A stretch of 64,000 bases of DNA from the human T2T-CHM13v2.0 reference genome, Homo sapiens. This document shows, one piece after another, positions 41,886-57,822 of this stretch. A program made the translations under genes and the position numbers. The DNA lies in assembly GCF_009914755.1 (NCBI RefSeq), contig NC_060928.1; one strand, given 5' to 3'. Within the stretch, counting starts at the first letter, position 1; every line of letters starts with the position of its first letter. Under the pieces are notes generated by a model. The model did no database searches and was not told the DNA's origin. It saw nothing but the letters and a program-made list of their open reading frames with translations.

Positions 41886-42519
41886 GCTTCTTTTAAGAGA
41901 TGCATTATTAGGCATCCAACCCATTTTTCCATTCATGCTAACGATGACCTTTAAAAAAAATAAATTAATCTGCTGCTGCAACTGCCAAGAATGAGCTCAA
42001 AATTCCTCCCAGCTTCTCTTGACTATCCGTCAGAGACATAGAGTATCACCTGTCAGATGGCTGTCAGACCCAAGCTGAAATAGCTGCTGTCCTCTCCATC
42101 AACTTACATTTATGCCTCATACCTTACTCTAAATTTGAGGAAGGTATGTAAGTTTTGTTTTTAAAGTAAACATAGAATTAAAGTAAAGGAGATAAGGAGT
42201 AGTCCCATCAAAGAATTTCATCACTTGCTTTGCTTAAATATGAATTTTAAAGCAAGATTTGCAAATAACAGAGATAAATGAATTTGTTTTTATTATTGAT
42301 TCATTAAAGGGTACTGGTAATCTCTGAAAGCAAAAGAAATCTCCACAATTTTAAAGAGAACATTTAAAATGTACCTACATGTAGGAATGAATATATTCCT
42401 TTCTATCTGACTGAAATCTGTGATAGAATATTTATTTTTAGGAGCCTCTCAAGCTCTATATAAGTGGAAAATTATCTCAATCCCTGTGAACCTAGTTCAA
42501 GATAAATAACTGCTGCTTT

Positions 42520-42980
42520 TGCCGTGCTAACTCTGTCCTTACTTTTTACCTATGTTTTACCTTGCAAATGACACCCCCACCCCCGACTACCTACAGAGAT
42601 ATATGAGGGCACCGCTTTAAAACCCCACTTTGGCTAAGCTGAGTGGAGCTGGAGCTATATTACAACTGCGGTCCCTCCCTTCTCTCTCTAGTGCAGGCAG
42701 CAGCACTCAAGCAGTTAACCACCTTCTAAGTGTCCTGGTAATACATTCCTGCCGCAACACTCCTCAGCTCTCCAGAATCGGATTTCTGAAAATGTCTCTA
42801 CACAGAGACATTCGCTTCCCCGCTCAGCAGAAAGGGCTGTAGTCAGGGCCAAGGAGAGTAAAATATGAGCTTACGAATGTGGGGCAGGACATACATTGTT
42901 TTTTTTTTTGTTTTTTTTTTTTTTGACTCAGAGAACTCAAGCTTCTGCACGACAGTGTGAGTCTCCAGCAAACGCCAGTC
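42520..42980. promoter_or_regulatory. Candidate enhancer/promoter in non-repeat DNA
   Basis: 11 CpGs counted in about 460 bp against a strongly CpG-depleted background; AP-1 TGACTCA 42924-42930; CACCC boxes near 42573-42584. Confidence 0.45.
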
Positions 42981-44821
42981 TTTAAAATGCACATAAAGGA
43001 TGACAATTTGTTCCCTGAATATCACTGGCTGGCAGAGCCCCTGAACAAATTATTAGAAAGTGTGTGGGTGGAGGAGGATTTAGTCCCAATTATTAACCTA
43101 CTGGAAGCTATATATATGCAACTATAATCATATATACTCATTATCATATCTCCAGTTGCCTCCAAATGCTGGCATTTAATGAGTTAAAGTCCAATGACTA
43201 TGGCAATTAAGGTTATAAGTAAAATACTCCTCAGATATTTGACTGAAAGTATATGCTTGCTCTTCGTACTTTGTAGGAAGAGCACAGAGAGGCAGGAAAG
43301 GAAAGGAATGGGTTTTGGAGAGCACATCAAGCCAAAATAACACACTTGTTCTGACCATCCTAGGTACTGTGACAATAATTAGGAGGAAGAATACCCTTCT
43401 GTGGGTTGGAAAAGCCAGGAAGAAGAGACTTAAGTTAAGCTAGCATACATCAAAAATAATTGACAATGGTTAGGCTTCATTGTAGAGAAGCCTGCACTGG
43501 CATTGCAGCCACCAGCCCACCACCCACCTAAGAATTATTATTTGAAAAGGATGTCAGAGGATTATAGAAGATCCTTGTGTCTGCTCCAATTAGGATCAAC
43601 ACTTCTGCTGCTTGCTCACTGAGCATTCAGTAATGATGAAAGCATATTGACCCCTGCTGGAAATGTGTAGAACTGCAGCCTTTTTCTCTGGCCAAATAGG
43701 ATTTAAAAGGAAGGCATCTTCTAAACTACCATTTACACGTATCAAGCCTAAGGGGTATGTGTTTGTTTGTTTGCTTATTTGTTTTAAAGAAGGCTTTATA
43801 TCACAATGCCAATATGAAACTAGTTTACTCATTGCAAACATTATTTCAAAACATTTCACGAACCCAAGACAAAGCTTCTTCTAATGATATAGCTTTATAT
43901 TTTTTTGTACAGAGCTTAATCACTATCTTGTTTAAAATTGTAAGCAACAGCCAGTGAGCATCAAACTTGGGTCCTCTCGATTATTTCTTAGAAGTCTCTG
44001 ACTTACTGACCTCAAAATATATTATTTTCAAAGAAACTTAAGATCAGGAAAATGTTCTAACACTCTAGGTAATTATTTTGTTTCCACTCTAAATACTATC
44101 CCAAGGGTTAAATCTCTGTGACAGTTTTCTCCTAAGATATTTTCCACACAACTAAGGGCTCTAAACTTGTATTGCTATGCTAGAATATTAATCAGACACT
44201 CTACCTTCTAAGAATTCTTACAGAAAAGTTCAGGGAAAAAAATATTTTCCAGTATATTTGGGGGTCACCAAGTTTCCACCTAAGTGCTTAGAGGACATGG
44301 AACAGTTAACTCATACAGTACATGACTTGTTATTTTGTGGAATGTACTAAAATGATGTAGATATTATAATTCTTGCTCTGTGTTAGGGGTTTTAGAGAGG
44401 AAGTATTTCTCGATATAAGTTAACAGAATAATTATCAACGTCAGCAGTCAATATAAGCTCTCCAGCAGCAGCTAGACTATGGTCTCTTGGCGTGTTCTAT
44501 TAGCTGGCCCACTCATGAGGTTCAAAGCTTTGCCAAGACTAGGAGGCCATTCTGTGTACAGATCAGTAGCCTGGCTCCATATAATGGTTGCCACAGCACC
44601 CCTCAACTCAACCCATTGTTCTGAAAATGCTATCAGTTAAATGCTATCCATAAACACTATCAGTTAAATACAAAAAAAAAATTGCAAGCTCTATTCTTAT
44701 TCCATGTAGAGAAATTTGAAGAACATATTGTATTTATGTGAGTTCAGTGGTTATATTAATATGATGTTCCTTTCTTTTAAAACAAATAAAAAGCACCTCC
44801 ATGATTAGGGTAAATTAAGGA

Positions 44822-47043
<2,222 letters not shown>

Positions 47044-47224
47044 TAACTCCTGATAAACTGATTGCATAAGCAATGTCATCTGGGTTTTGTATTTATATTG
47101 AAACAAATCGAGTCAAAATACCCAGTTGTGGAATTAGCTCTACCCTATCCCCAATGCCAAGGGCATTGCTTCACATATCTGATTTACTAAATATTAGGCT
47201 GTATATTTTTAAAGTAATAATATT

Positions 47225-47420
47225 GCTTAGCTTATGTCCTGACTTTGTCATTTTCCAAAAATATTACCATGGGCAAGTCACTTACTTAATTTCTCTAAGC
47301 CCTGATTTTTTCAACTCCAAAATAAGGACAATTACCTCTACCATAGTAAAAAAAAATGAAATGAGATTGAGTCTGTAAATACTTTATAAAACTTTTTAAA
47401 ATATAACATAAATTGTGTTA
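47225..47420 (+). mobile_element. MIR SINE
   Basis: accatgggcaagtcacttacttaatttctctaagcc...aaaataagg core. Confidence 0.65.
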
Positions 47421-49270
47421 TAAGTAACACTGTAAACATATAAAATCTTGAATTAATTTATCTTCTTAGAGTTAAAGAATATTCCAAGGTGAAAGAAGAA
47501 TTGGAAAAAAGAAAAGGTACATAAAAGTGGTAGAATTGGAACCAAAAATCAATATACAGAGTTAAATGGGGGAAAAAGTTAATAGCATTCATTAAAGGAA
47601 AAACAATTTCGAAAGAGTCTCATGGATTATTATTATTGATCATCTTAATTAGAGATAAGGACACATGAGGAGTAAGAGAGAGGATATGAGTAATCCTTTC
47701 AACAGGGAATGAAAAATAGAAATTAGCTTGATTTCCCAGAAATAATATTGTCAAAAAGGCAGAAAGAAACACTGCTGTCAGGAAGGTATTGCAAATAGGA
47801 AGCCTAAGCTAAAATGGCTGTGAGTCACAGAAGTAGCCATTTAAAATTTCCCTGTCCATGACATTTCCATTTCATATTTGTTTCAGAAACAAACAAAAAA
47901 TATTAATGGTAATATAGAAAGACATTTCAAGCCAAATCATTCAGGATAGAACATATCAACTGAAAATGGCTATTTGTATTACAAGGAAGACACACTTGAA
48001 GTCAAAGCTCAATATTTCCCTGAACTACTCTAGGTTGCCATGTGATTTCTTATAGGTCGTTTTTAATAATGGACAGAAGATGAAAGACTGAGTGAGAGAG
48101 CACTTGTAATGTGTTTTAAAATGTTCCTTCTGCTATGAGCAGGTTGAGGTAGTACAGTAATAAACAGCACACTGCTTCATTTAGAGTCTTGAAAGTATAG
48201 TGATACAATTTAGAAAACATACCACAGCAAAACATCCCAAACACTTACCAGGGATGCTGACAAGATCTGTTCATCTTAGTCAACCAAAGCCCTACTTGAG
48301 TAAATCATACCATAAAATCTTAACATATCTTAGCGCTTTGTGTCAACTTAATTCATCCTTTAAAATGCATGCCATTTCCCATTGCTCATTATTTTCAAAA
48401 GGAAATTTCATTTATATCCAAATGTCATGCAAAAGATCTAAGTGCTCATGTTGTATAAACATTGGTATCTCCTATAGCTAGATATAACCCACCTCCAATT
48501 ATTCAATAAACAATGAGCCCTGTACAAGAGAAATATAAATTCACCCCCAAAAAAATTCTTCAATAAAACATCCAGTGGCAGAACCCATACAGGTGACTAG
48601 GGTATTAAAGTTGTACTTATAGGGTAATCACTTACTTAACAGCTAGCTGAATAAAACTTGGTATGAGAAGCACATGGAAACTTTAATTATACTTTACACT
48701 TTTTTAAAACTATGTCACAAATCAGAATTATAAAAGTTGCAAAATTCATCAAAAAGAAAGGTATGATCATGACAGGGAAAAATCAATACAACAAAAAAAT
48801 TTAGTAACTTTAAGCCTCAATTCCAGAACCCAGTCACTTTTCCAATATCATTCTTCAGGCTGACCCTATTTCATTTGTGTTTTACCTAGATAATGGCAAT
48901 TAAGCATTATTTAGCATTCTTTACTTTTAATTCTTCTCTATTGTCATTTCAACTGTAATACATTATCATAATTTAGTCATTATTTAAATGACTTCTTTGA
49001 TTAGTGGTTTTGGGAAACTTGGCATAATTCAGTGTGAAAAAGTATAATGTGTGTGCTGTAATTATCTTAAACTGGTCAAAATCATTTCAATAAAGACAAA
49101 ATGTATCCGTCTATTTTCACTCAATTATCCCATATTGTCTGTTTACATGAAATTCCTGACTACTGTACTTAGTAGGGAAAAATAAGAGAAAGCGTGAAGA
49201 TCTGCTGTAAAAGAGATATTAACCATAAAGTATTGCTCTATTTGAGCATCCTTTATTAGGCACTACTCTG

Positions 49271-49296
49271 AAATAAATAAATAAATAAATAAATAA

Positions 49297-49341
<45 letters not shown>

Positions 49342-49362
49342 TACACATATATGTATACACAC
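49271..49362. repeat. Compound (AAAT)n(AT)n(AC)n microsatellite
   Basis: Direct reading of three abutting repeat motifs. Confidence 0.95.
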
Positions 49363-49479
49363 ACTCCTACACGTTTACATTTATCTACATATATCCATAG
49401 TATATGTGTATTATATAATGTCGATGGAGAATATGAGTAATATATGATATGTGAATTCATACATAAAGAGGGAGAGAGC

Positions 49480-50190
49480 CCATAACCGCTCTATCATCTA
49501 GCCATGGCAATGTACCTATCTCTTATAGATCTTTTGAATCCCTTTACCTTTTCCATACCCACTCCCACTAACCCCTGACACAATATCACTTGCCTGGACT
49601 TGCCTAATAATTGCCTGCTGGGACTGCCTCCCTCTAACCTAACTACCCCATACTAGCTATAACCAATTCACCACAAAGCAGCTAGAGTGCTTCTTTCAAA
49701 ATGCAAGGCAGGAGGTTTGATTAAGTCACCTACCTTAGAATAAAGATAAATTCTTCATGTGGCCTACAAGGACCTGTATGATCTGCTTTCTACTTATGTC
49801 CCCAGCCCCTGCTTCCCATTTGTCTGAGTGTTGTCGGTTTCAATTCACTGTTCTCCTACTCCTGCTTTCACTGTCAGGGACACACCTTGTCACCTATCTG
49901 CTTATTCAACTTGCAGATCTCATTTAGGCATCTTCCTTGAGGAAGACTTCTCTGACACCCCAACTGTTTAAAATCCACTCATTACAGCACTTACCTCCCC
50001 CTCAGAGTACTTCTCACAGTGGCGGTTTCACACGTTTGTTGATGAACTAATATTTTCTTCCCTTCTAGACTGCTAGCTAAAAGACAGCAGGATGGGTCTG
50101 GCTTTGTTCGCCATTATGGACATCTCTAGGATTTAGCAAAGAGGTATGGAGCATAGAAAACATTCATTAAATATTTTTTAATGAATGAAT
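49480..50190 (+). mobile_element. L2 3' part with tail
   Basis: tcacttgcctggact...cacaaagcagctagagtg...tggcctacaaggacctgtatgatctg...taatgaatgaat. Confidence 0.8.
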
Positions 50191-51471
50191 TTAGATTACC
50201 TAATTTCATTCATTAAAAAATATTTAATGAACATTTTTATAGCCTTAACCTACCCATCCACTGCCAACCTGTCCTAAATTTATAAATCCTTACTATAAGT
50301 TCTTTTGGCAGTTAAGAATAAATAGGCCTCACTTTAAAATGCATAGAAATCTTGTTCTCAGGTTCTAAATCTCCCCAAATATAAAGATAATATTTTAAGG
50401 TTTCGGTTAAGAAACATTGGCACCCTTAGTTTTTGTTTACTGCTTTTAGGAAAAACATAAATGTTTGACACAAATATGACTGAAAGCTTGATGCAACTGA
50501 TTTTAGTTTAATTTTGAGTGGGAATAAGTATATATTCAATATTCATTTTTTGTTATTGCTTCTGTTACTCAATTTCAATATTTATTAAAATAACTAAACA
50601 CTAATACAATGAAAAGGGCCACCTTGCTATGCAGGTTCAAATGTAAATATTATATTAAGAGGTGGAATAGCTCTGATATTTAAGTTTATTAAATATACCA
50701 CATGTAAGGTAAAAAATGCATCTAGAATTAGAAAGGAATTTGGAGTCTTTATTTTTTATTATTCTGTGAACACCAGTAGGTATGTAGGATCAAGAATAAA
50801 ATGGTATTGGGGAACACGTGACCCAGAAGTGACTTCTAATCCCTCTATTTATTTCCCTTTCCTTCCCATGGGGGACCACACACTGGTAAATGTGTAAGTA
50901 CACTTATTTTTAGCATTTATGAAGGACACTAAAATGTATTACAAATGGATATTAAATTAATCTAGATTACTAGGAGAGGTGTTAACCCAAAGGTATGATT
51001 TTCATATCAAAACAAATAATTTTTCTGGTATAAATCCAGTTTATTCCTGAAATAAAACTTGGTCTTCTCATTCACTATTTTCTCCCTCTGGCTTAAAGCT
51101 ACTCTTTTCTTTCTTATCACCCCTGTCTAATGATGGTTTGCTTTGTGCCATCATACAAGGCTCTTATTCATTATGTCTTATAGAAGGAGTGGATAGACAA
51201 TTGCTTTTTAAATTTATTATTTTGTAAATTCAGGAGATACTCTTTAACAACATCTATTTTCTCCTATATGTTGTAAAATATACAAAAATGCTAAGACTCA
51301 CTGTGGATTAATGCAGAAATCTATGACACATAGTTTATACTGTCACTCAATTCCACTAATGACTGAATATTATTACTGAAGGTTTGGTAGCATTTTACAT
51401 CATTGTAAAGGCAAATCTCTGTTGCCCCTTTCATTCCTATCTATATCCTATCAGCATGCTTAAAAAAAAAG

Positions 51472-51800
51472 ACCCTGGGAAATATAGTGAGATCTCATCT
51501 CTACAAATAATAATAATAATGAACAAATTACTAGGTATGGTGGTGCACACTTGTAGTCCCATATACTCAGGAGGCTGAGGCAAGAAGATCACTTGAGCCT
51601 AGGAGTTCAAGGCTGAAGTGAGCTATAATCACATGATTGCACTCCAGCCTGGGTGACAGAGTGAGACCTTGTCTGATACATATATGACAAGGTATATATA
51701 TGTGACATATATATGACAAGGTATATATATGACAAGGTATATATATATGTATATATATATGAGACAAGGTCTCACTCTGTCTCAAAAAAGAAATAAAATG
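51472..51800 (+). mobile_element. 5'-truncated AluJ with rearranged 3' end
   Basis: cctgggaaatatagtgagatc...gaagatcacttgagcctaggagttcaaggctg...; inverted duplication and minisatellite before the A tail. Confidence 0.9.
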
Positions 51801-52914
51801 AAACATATGTTTCATCATTTTATTCTTTTCTATAATATTCTAACTTGCTTTTTCTCCAATTATTTCTTTAGTTAATTTAACACGCTTTTCTGAAAAGGGG
51901 AAAGTAGACAAAAGGAGTCCTCATGAATTGGAGACTTTCCTTATTACAAACACATGTACCTCCTCTGAAGAAAATATGAAATTTGAATTCGTAAATATGA
52001 AAGACGCAAAAATAAAATAGAGAAGTGGAAGTGTCATCTTTGACAATAATAGAAATAGAAATTAACACAAGGGTTTCCTACTGGCAAAGACCAGACTTGA
52101 ATTGAGTCAGATAATGTATACTCCCATAGTTGGTGAATATTCTGAGCAGTTCTGCCCATGATCATAGAAACCACACCAATAATGTGGAGACTTTTTTCTT
52201 TCTTTTCAAAAATAGCAGAACTGTGTGTGTGCTGGGAACTGGGTGAGATGGGATAGGGTGGAGTAGAGAAGGGAAGAATTTGCAGGCTGACTCTCACAAT
52301 TTCATAAGCAATTTAAAAGGAATTCATGGCAAGACTATGGATGGTTTTCATTACTTCAGCATATATTGAATGTTAAGGTTCTCAAATACTGTGCTTTTCC
52401 AAGCTTTATCATGAAGTTTGTTCTAGTTGCTTTTTTCTAATATTAAAGAGGATCATAGCATACGAAGGATCATTAATCTACAAATAAAATCAAATTGTGT
52501 CTGCTTAAACCCTTACATGTTATACAGATATAAAGTGGTATTATTTTTGTTACTGTTGTTACTATTATCTAACCAGGAGCCTAGAATTATAAATTTGAAA
52601 AGTAAAGACTTATCTTTTAACCTAATTAGTTGCAGTCTATCTCTTATATTCACCTACACAAAAATTACTTCCCAGTTTCCCATATGGATTCAAACTTACT
52701 TTCTTGAGGAAATGCTTCCAATATGAATTTCCTTTTCAGTTGAACATACCTTCTCGGGTTTTGGAAATCTGTATTATAGTTACTATGGTCATTTACGTAT
52801 TGTTTGGCAAGTACTATTTCATGTGTATGTTCTGAATCCTCAACTAAAATATAAACTTGAAGAACAAACAATGAAGTTAAATGTCCAAGGAAAAAGAGTA
52901 GCTTGTGATATCAA

Positions 52915-53130
52915 AAAAGCAAGTTCAACTTCTACTTTCATCATTTCCTATTAGCTTGAAAATGGACAATTTACTTAATCTTCCCAAACCTTAACTTCCT
53001 CATTTGTAAAATGTGGAAACCAGTAGTAACTAGCTCATAGACCTTTTATGAGGACTAAATTATTTAATGTATAGATTTAGTTCAGTGTTTGTCACATGAT
53101 AGGTGTTCAGCAAATATTATTATTATTATT
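52915..53130 (+). mobile_element. MIR SINE
   Basis: ggacaatttacttaatc...ttcctcatttgtaaaatg...gaggactaaat. Confidence 0.75.
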
Positions 53131-53577
53131 AAATGACTCAGAATTAAACATCTATTTCTTTAGATTCTTCTGTATTCAACCATAGCATCTATTATAGTAC
53201 TTAATATTTAGTTGGTTCTAATATAGTGTATGGCTTTAAATTTTAAGGACTAAAGATTATTTATTGTTATTACTATTACCAATCTTATTGGCAATATAAT
53301 TCTTATGAACATAAAATTAGTAGTAAAGTAATAATCTGATTGCAAACACATCATGTGACATTCTTTTGTTTTAATGGATTTATATAAAAATAATTTTTAT
53401 AAAATTATCTACCTCCTTACCTTAAGAGTTATTAAGAGTAATTAATTTGAGTCATTCCTAGGATGAAAATTGCATGAATGCTGGAGACATGAGATGGTGA
53501 ATTCTGGGTAAAGAATTCCTAGAGCCTGGTATGGCTTTTGAGTTCTCCAAATTAGATGCCACACAGTTGTTATGTAC

Positions 53578-53720
53578 TAGTCATTCATATATTTAATACA
53601 TTTTCACTGGACACATTCCATGTGGCAGGCATTTCTCTGAGGGAGAGACATAGTAGAGAACAAGACAGATGTGGTTCTGCTTTCACAGCTTAGAGGGGAG
53701 TGCCAATGAACAGGTTCTGC
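53578..53720 (-). mobile_element. L2 3' end
   Basis: tcattcatatatttaatacatttt...atgtggcaggca...gaacaagacaga. Confidence 0.6.
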
Positions 53721-55284
53721 AACGGAGAGAGGGACATGAAATGCTTACAGTTTTCCTAAGTTTGAATATCAAAGTCAGCTTTCAAGAATGATGAAACCAT
53801 GTTGAACTGATCAGGAGCAAACAAGAAATGCTATGTCACTAGGCTGTATTGAAAACTTGGACCCACCAGCCTATTTTCTATTAATAGTCTTAATATGGAT
53901 GAAAAAAAATCACTAACCTTTCAGATATTCATTTGGGTGTGGAAGAAGCCTCCTGAAATGAGGAACCAGGAGGGAAGACTCTGAGAGAACAGGTTTCTCA
54001 CAAACATTTCCTGCTCAGACTTGTTTCAGACAGACTGAAATTTTACAAGAACAGGTTTCTTATTATATCCCTTTTAGCCTCCTGAACTGAAATCAGCTGG
54101 CTGTGGATCATTACAAAAGTATCAAGCCTTTTCAAACCTCAAGTAAAAAGAAGAGTTTTATTGAAAGCTTTTTCCTTTAATTCCACCCATATATCTGTAA
54201 GTGTTTCTGCATAACAGATTCTGCATATTTCAGAAGCTTTCTTAATTTGCAGTCTCCCAAAATATGGTTAAGTCAAATCAAATGTCAAATTCAAACACCT
54301 GCTACAAATAAACAAGCTTAACAAAAGCTTCTCTGGCTTCCCTGGACACGCTGATCACAAGATTTAACCCACAGCTGAGAGTTAATGAAACATTTTAGAG
54401 AGCAATATATTTTAGAGGAAAATCTCCACGGATATTCCTGGGGAGTTAGAGAATTTCCAGGAGTAAGCAATGAAGTCAAATCCTTGCTGTATTAATTTTT
54501 TCTTAGTATTTCCAAAGACTCATTTGGGAAAAATGTCAAGAAAGAAAAAATGAGTTTAGCCTGTTCAAAGTTAAGACAGTATGACAATATTTTGGTCCAA
54601 AAACACATCCATGACTTCACACAGTTCAGAACCAGGCTAAATTTTCTGCAGAGTTCATAACCAGAGTAAGTTCCTAAGAAGCATCTAGAAATCACTGGCA
54701 ATTAGAATGTATTTTTACCATTCTTAGAACACATCAGCAAAGCCTCTAGGCCTTTATACTTGCTATGCCTGCACCTAGGATGTTCTTTCCCCATTTCATA
54801 CATAGTTTGTTTCCTCATTTCATTTAGTCTTAACCCATAACCCTGTCCTTCAAGCCCTCCTTATTCATAGTACCCCATTTCTTCAGTAAGAAGCCTCATC
54901 CCTGAGACATTCCTCCTTCACTGACATCCTAATTATGTTTACCACACAATTTTCTTCCTGACCCATTTGCCATTATTTAAATCTTCTAAGCTGTATGTTC
55001 TCCTTTAATTCCTACCACCAATTTCATACCTGCCTAGCTTTCCAGCCAACTGTGTGAAGAAAGGGGCAAAAAAGCATGTTGGAAGCAGTAGTGAGGTGAT
55101 GTGCTTTCTATCTTTTCATCACAATAGTTGGTTCTGATAGGATTCAAGGAATATATTCCAAATGAGAGGTAGGATTCTGCTTCTCTATTAAAGTAAGCCT
55201 TTGGTATTCTTACATTTGACATGTGAGATGTTTTATATTTTGCACACCTCCCAAAGATCTATGACAAATTTCTTTTAAAACAAA

Positions 55285-55840
55285 GTAAAATTAACTTTAC
55301 CATGAAGAAACATAATATTACCTCAGCCAGATGATCAAGGTTACTATCAACATAAGTCAGATTAATAGTATGTACTGTATTAATCATAAAATGTGATGAG
55401 AAGGGCACTTTGCTTCCACTGTCTTCTTGATAACATATAACTCCAGTCTAGCCATGAAAAAATATCATGACAAATTCAAAACAAAGAGAATTCTACAAAA
55501 TACCCAACCAGCACTCTTCAAAACTGACAGTCAACAAAAACAAGGAAAATCTCAGAAATTGTCACTGCCGGGGGGACCTAAGGAGACATAATGACTGAGC
55601 TTAACCTAGTATCATGCATGGGAGCCCAGGATGGAGACATGAGAGAAAAACCAGTGAATTCCAACAAAGTATGGAGTTGATAGTAATGTATCAATGTTGG
55701 TTTCTTAGTGGTGACAAAGGTACCATAGTAATGTCCGGTGTTAACAATGGGAGAAACTGGGTGTGGGGTACATAGGAATGCTCTAGACTGTCTTTGCAAC
55801 TTTTCCGTAAATCTAAAATTGTTCTCAAAAGTTTTTTTAA
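55285..55840 (+). mobile_element. L1MC4-like 3' end
   Basis: tgatcaaggtta...attctacaaaatac...aaacaaggaaaatctcagaaattgtcac...tctttgcaacttttccgtaaatctaaaatt. Confidence 0.85.
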
Positions 55841-55924
55841 TGAATCTACAATATCCCAATTAAATAAAAGAATATATTAGGAACACTTACAACTAATATC
55901 TTTTTGTCCCTTGGGAACTATGTA

Positions 55925-56090
55925 ATAATACTAATAAGAACCATAAAAACTATCATTTATTGAGCACTTACAAAGTGCTGGAAGCATGCTAAGCACAACA
56001 CATGTTAATTCATTTTATCCATGCAGCAAGCCTAAGCGCTAGGTACTAATATCACTCTCCTTCTACATATGAAGCAACTGAGACAGAAAT
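55925..56090 (-). mobile_element. MIR SINE
   Basis: catttattgagcacttac...aggtactaatatc...acatatgaagcaactgagacaga. Confidence 0.7.
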
Positions 56091-57264
56091 AAGTAGGGGT
56101 GGGTGGCTGAGTTGCTGATTAATGTTGCTAATCAGGGAAAGGACTGTTAAACAATGTAAGTTTCACTATATGACGTTTCTCAGATTACATAGCCATACTC
56201 AGATATTAGAGAGACTATTTCCCATAGAGGGTGCTGGTTAGAAGATTATAATAGGGTAAACTATTCCTGACAGAGAAAGTACACGGAGAATATAATCAGA
56301 TTTTCTACTCTAAGGCTTGGGTAGATTGCAACTGCATAGCAGAAGAATACTATACAATTCTGGAATGGGCATATGGCGAGATATTCAGTCCTAGGGATCT
56401 CAGGAGTCAGTAATTAAAGATGAACCGGGATTCATATAAGAAGCCGGCTTTTACTTACAAATGTCGATTATATGCCAAAGATATGGAAATGGCTTGCAAT
56501 AAGAGGACTAGCCAGCCAAGAGCTGCACTCTATTCTGAAGTAGTACTTCAAGAGCCAACCTTGTTTAAAAGCCTGAAAATCAGGAAAATTACCAGAGTCA
56601 CTTTGGACCATGTCTGTGAAAGAGATTTTCTGTTGGGGGAGAAAAGGGAGGCTAATAGGGCTAAGAACCAGAAGAAACAGAGAGAGGGAAGACACCTAGT
56701 CCTGCAGCAATCCATGCTCAGAAAGCTGAGCAGGGGAGTCTGGATGATGCCTCCCACAAAGTCAAGGTCATCCTGGTACAAACAACATGGGACTTGACAG
56801 AGAACAGCACACTTAGCTTGTTCCCCTTTCACTCTGGTCTAAGTTTGTCCCTGAAGGCTTAATGAGGAGAAAACAGAGCAGATTCCAGGCCTTAGCAGAC
56901 CCCGTCATTTACTCTGCTTAGAAATATGTAGAAAAATGTGTCTGATTCCAGTTACAAAGAATGCAACATTGCGACTCCAGTACCTACAAGAATGCCCTAC
57001 ATGTACTAGTCCCTTGATAAATATTTATTTACTGAACAAATAATTCCAACAAATTAGTTTTTGTTTATTAAATTTCACATTCGATAACACCATCTAATTA
57101 TATATTGATGCATTCTATCTAAGTCAAAATTCTAATTCACAGAATGAGGGGAAAAAGAAAGAAGGAAATTAGTATCATAATTTTTAAAATCTTTTCACCA
57201 TAAGGCTTATTTCTGGATTGGTTTCCCATACATTAACTATGTTCTGACACTCTGAGAATAGTTA

Positions 57265-57610
57265 ATATATATTCATTGCTCAACAAATATGTATTCATTG
57301 TCTGCTATGTATCAAAATTATGCCTGATTATGAGGATACAGAGGTGAATTACAAATAGTATTTTCCCTCAGAAAATTCACCTTCTAGAATAATAATAAAG
57401 ACTAACACATATTAGGCACATGTGCCTAGCACTGATTAAGCATGCTACATGTGTTATTTACCAATCAATTTATAAAATGAGACTATTATTATCTCCATTT
57501 TCCAGATGAAAAAGATGAGACTGAGAGAGCTTAACTCACTCACTCAATGGTTACATAGCTGGCAAAGTAAGAGTTAACATTTGAGCCCAGAAAAACTGAC
57601 ATAAGAGCCC
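57265..57610 (-). mobile_element. L2 3' end followed by MIR
   Basis: attcattgctcaacaaatatgtatt (L2 tail); tattatctccattttccagatgaaaa...ctgagagag (MIR core). Confidence 0.7.
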
Positions 57611-57822
57611 ACAGAGTAAAAAAAAATAAAGACATATATAATTTATAAAAATATATTTACTTGTAATATATATAATGTCTAGTACAATAAAATGATGAAT
57701 ATTAAATATCAATGGCATAATCTGAAATTCAATGAGCCTCACAAACTCAAAAGACCCGAGTAGGCTATGTATGTCCGTGGGAGTTGGGGAGAGAAAAAGA
57801 ATGATTTAAAAAGTCACAATAT

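Noticed and set aside
43630-43720. ATGATGA as a C/D snoRNA start
   Set aside because: No CTGA box D at a suitable distance and no terminal stem
53986-54062. Twice-repeated agaacaggtttct as steroid response elements
   Set aside because: Second half-site and spacing do not fit AGAACAnnnTGTTCT; a 13-bp repeat alone is weak evidence
56420-56797. 125-aa ORF
   Set aside because: No recognisable domain, promoter or splice context; length is compatible with chance
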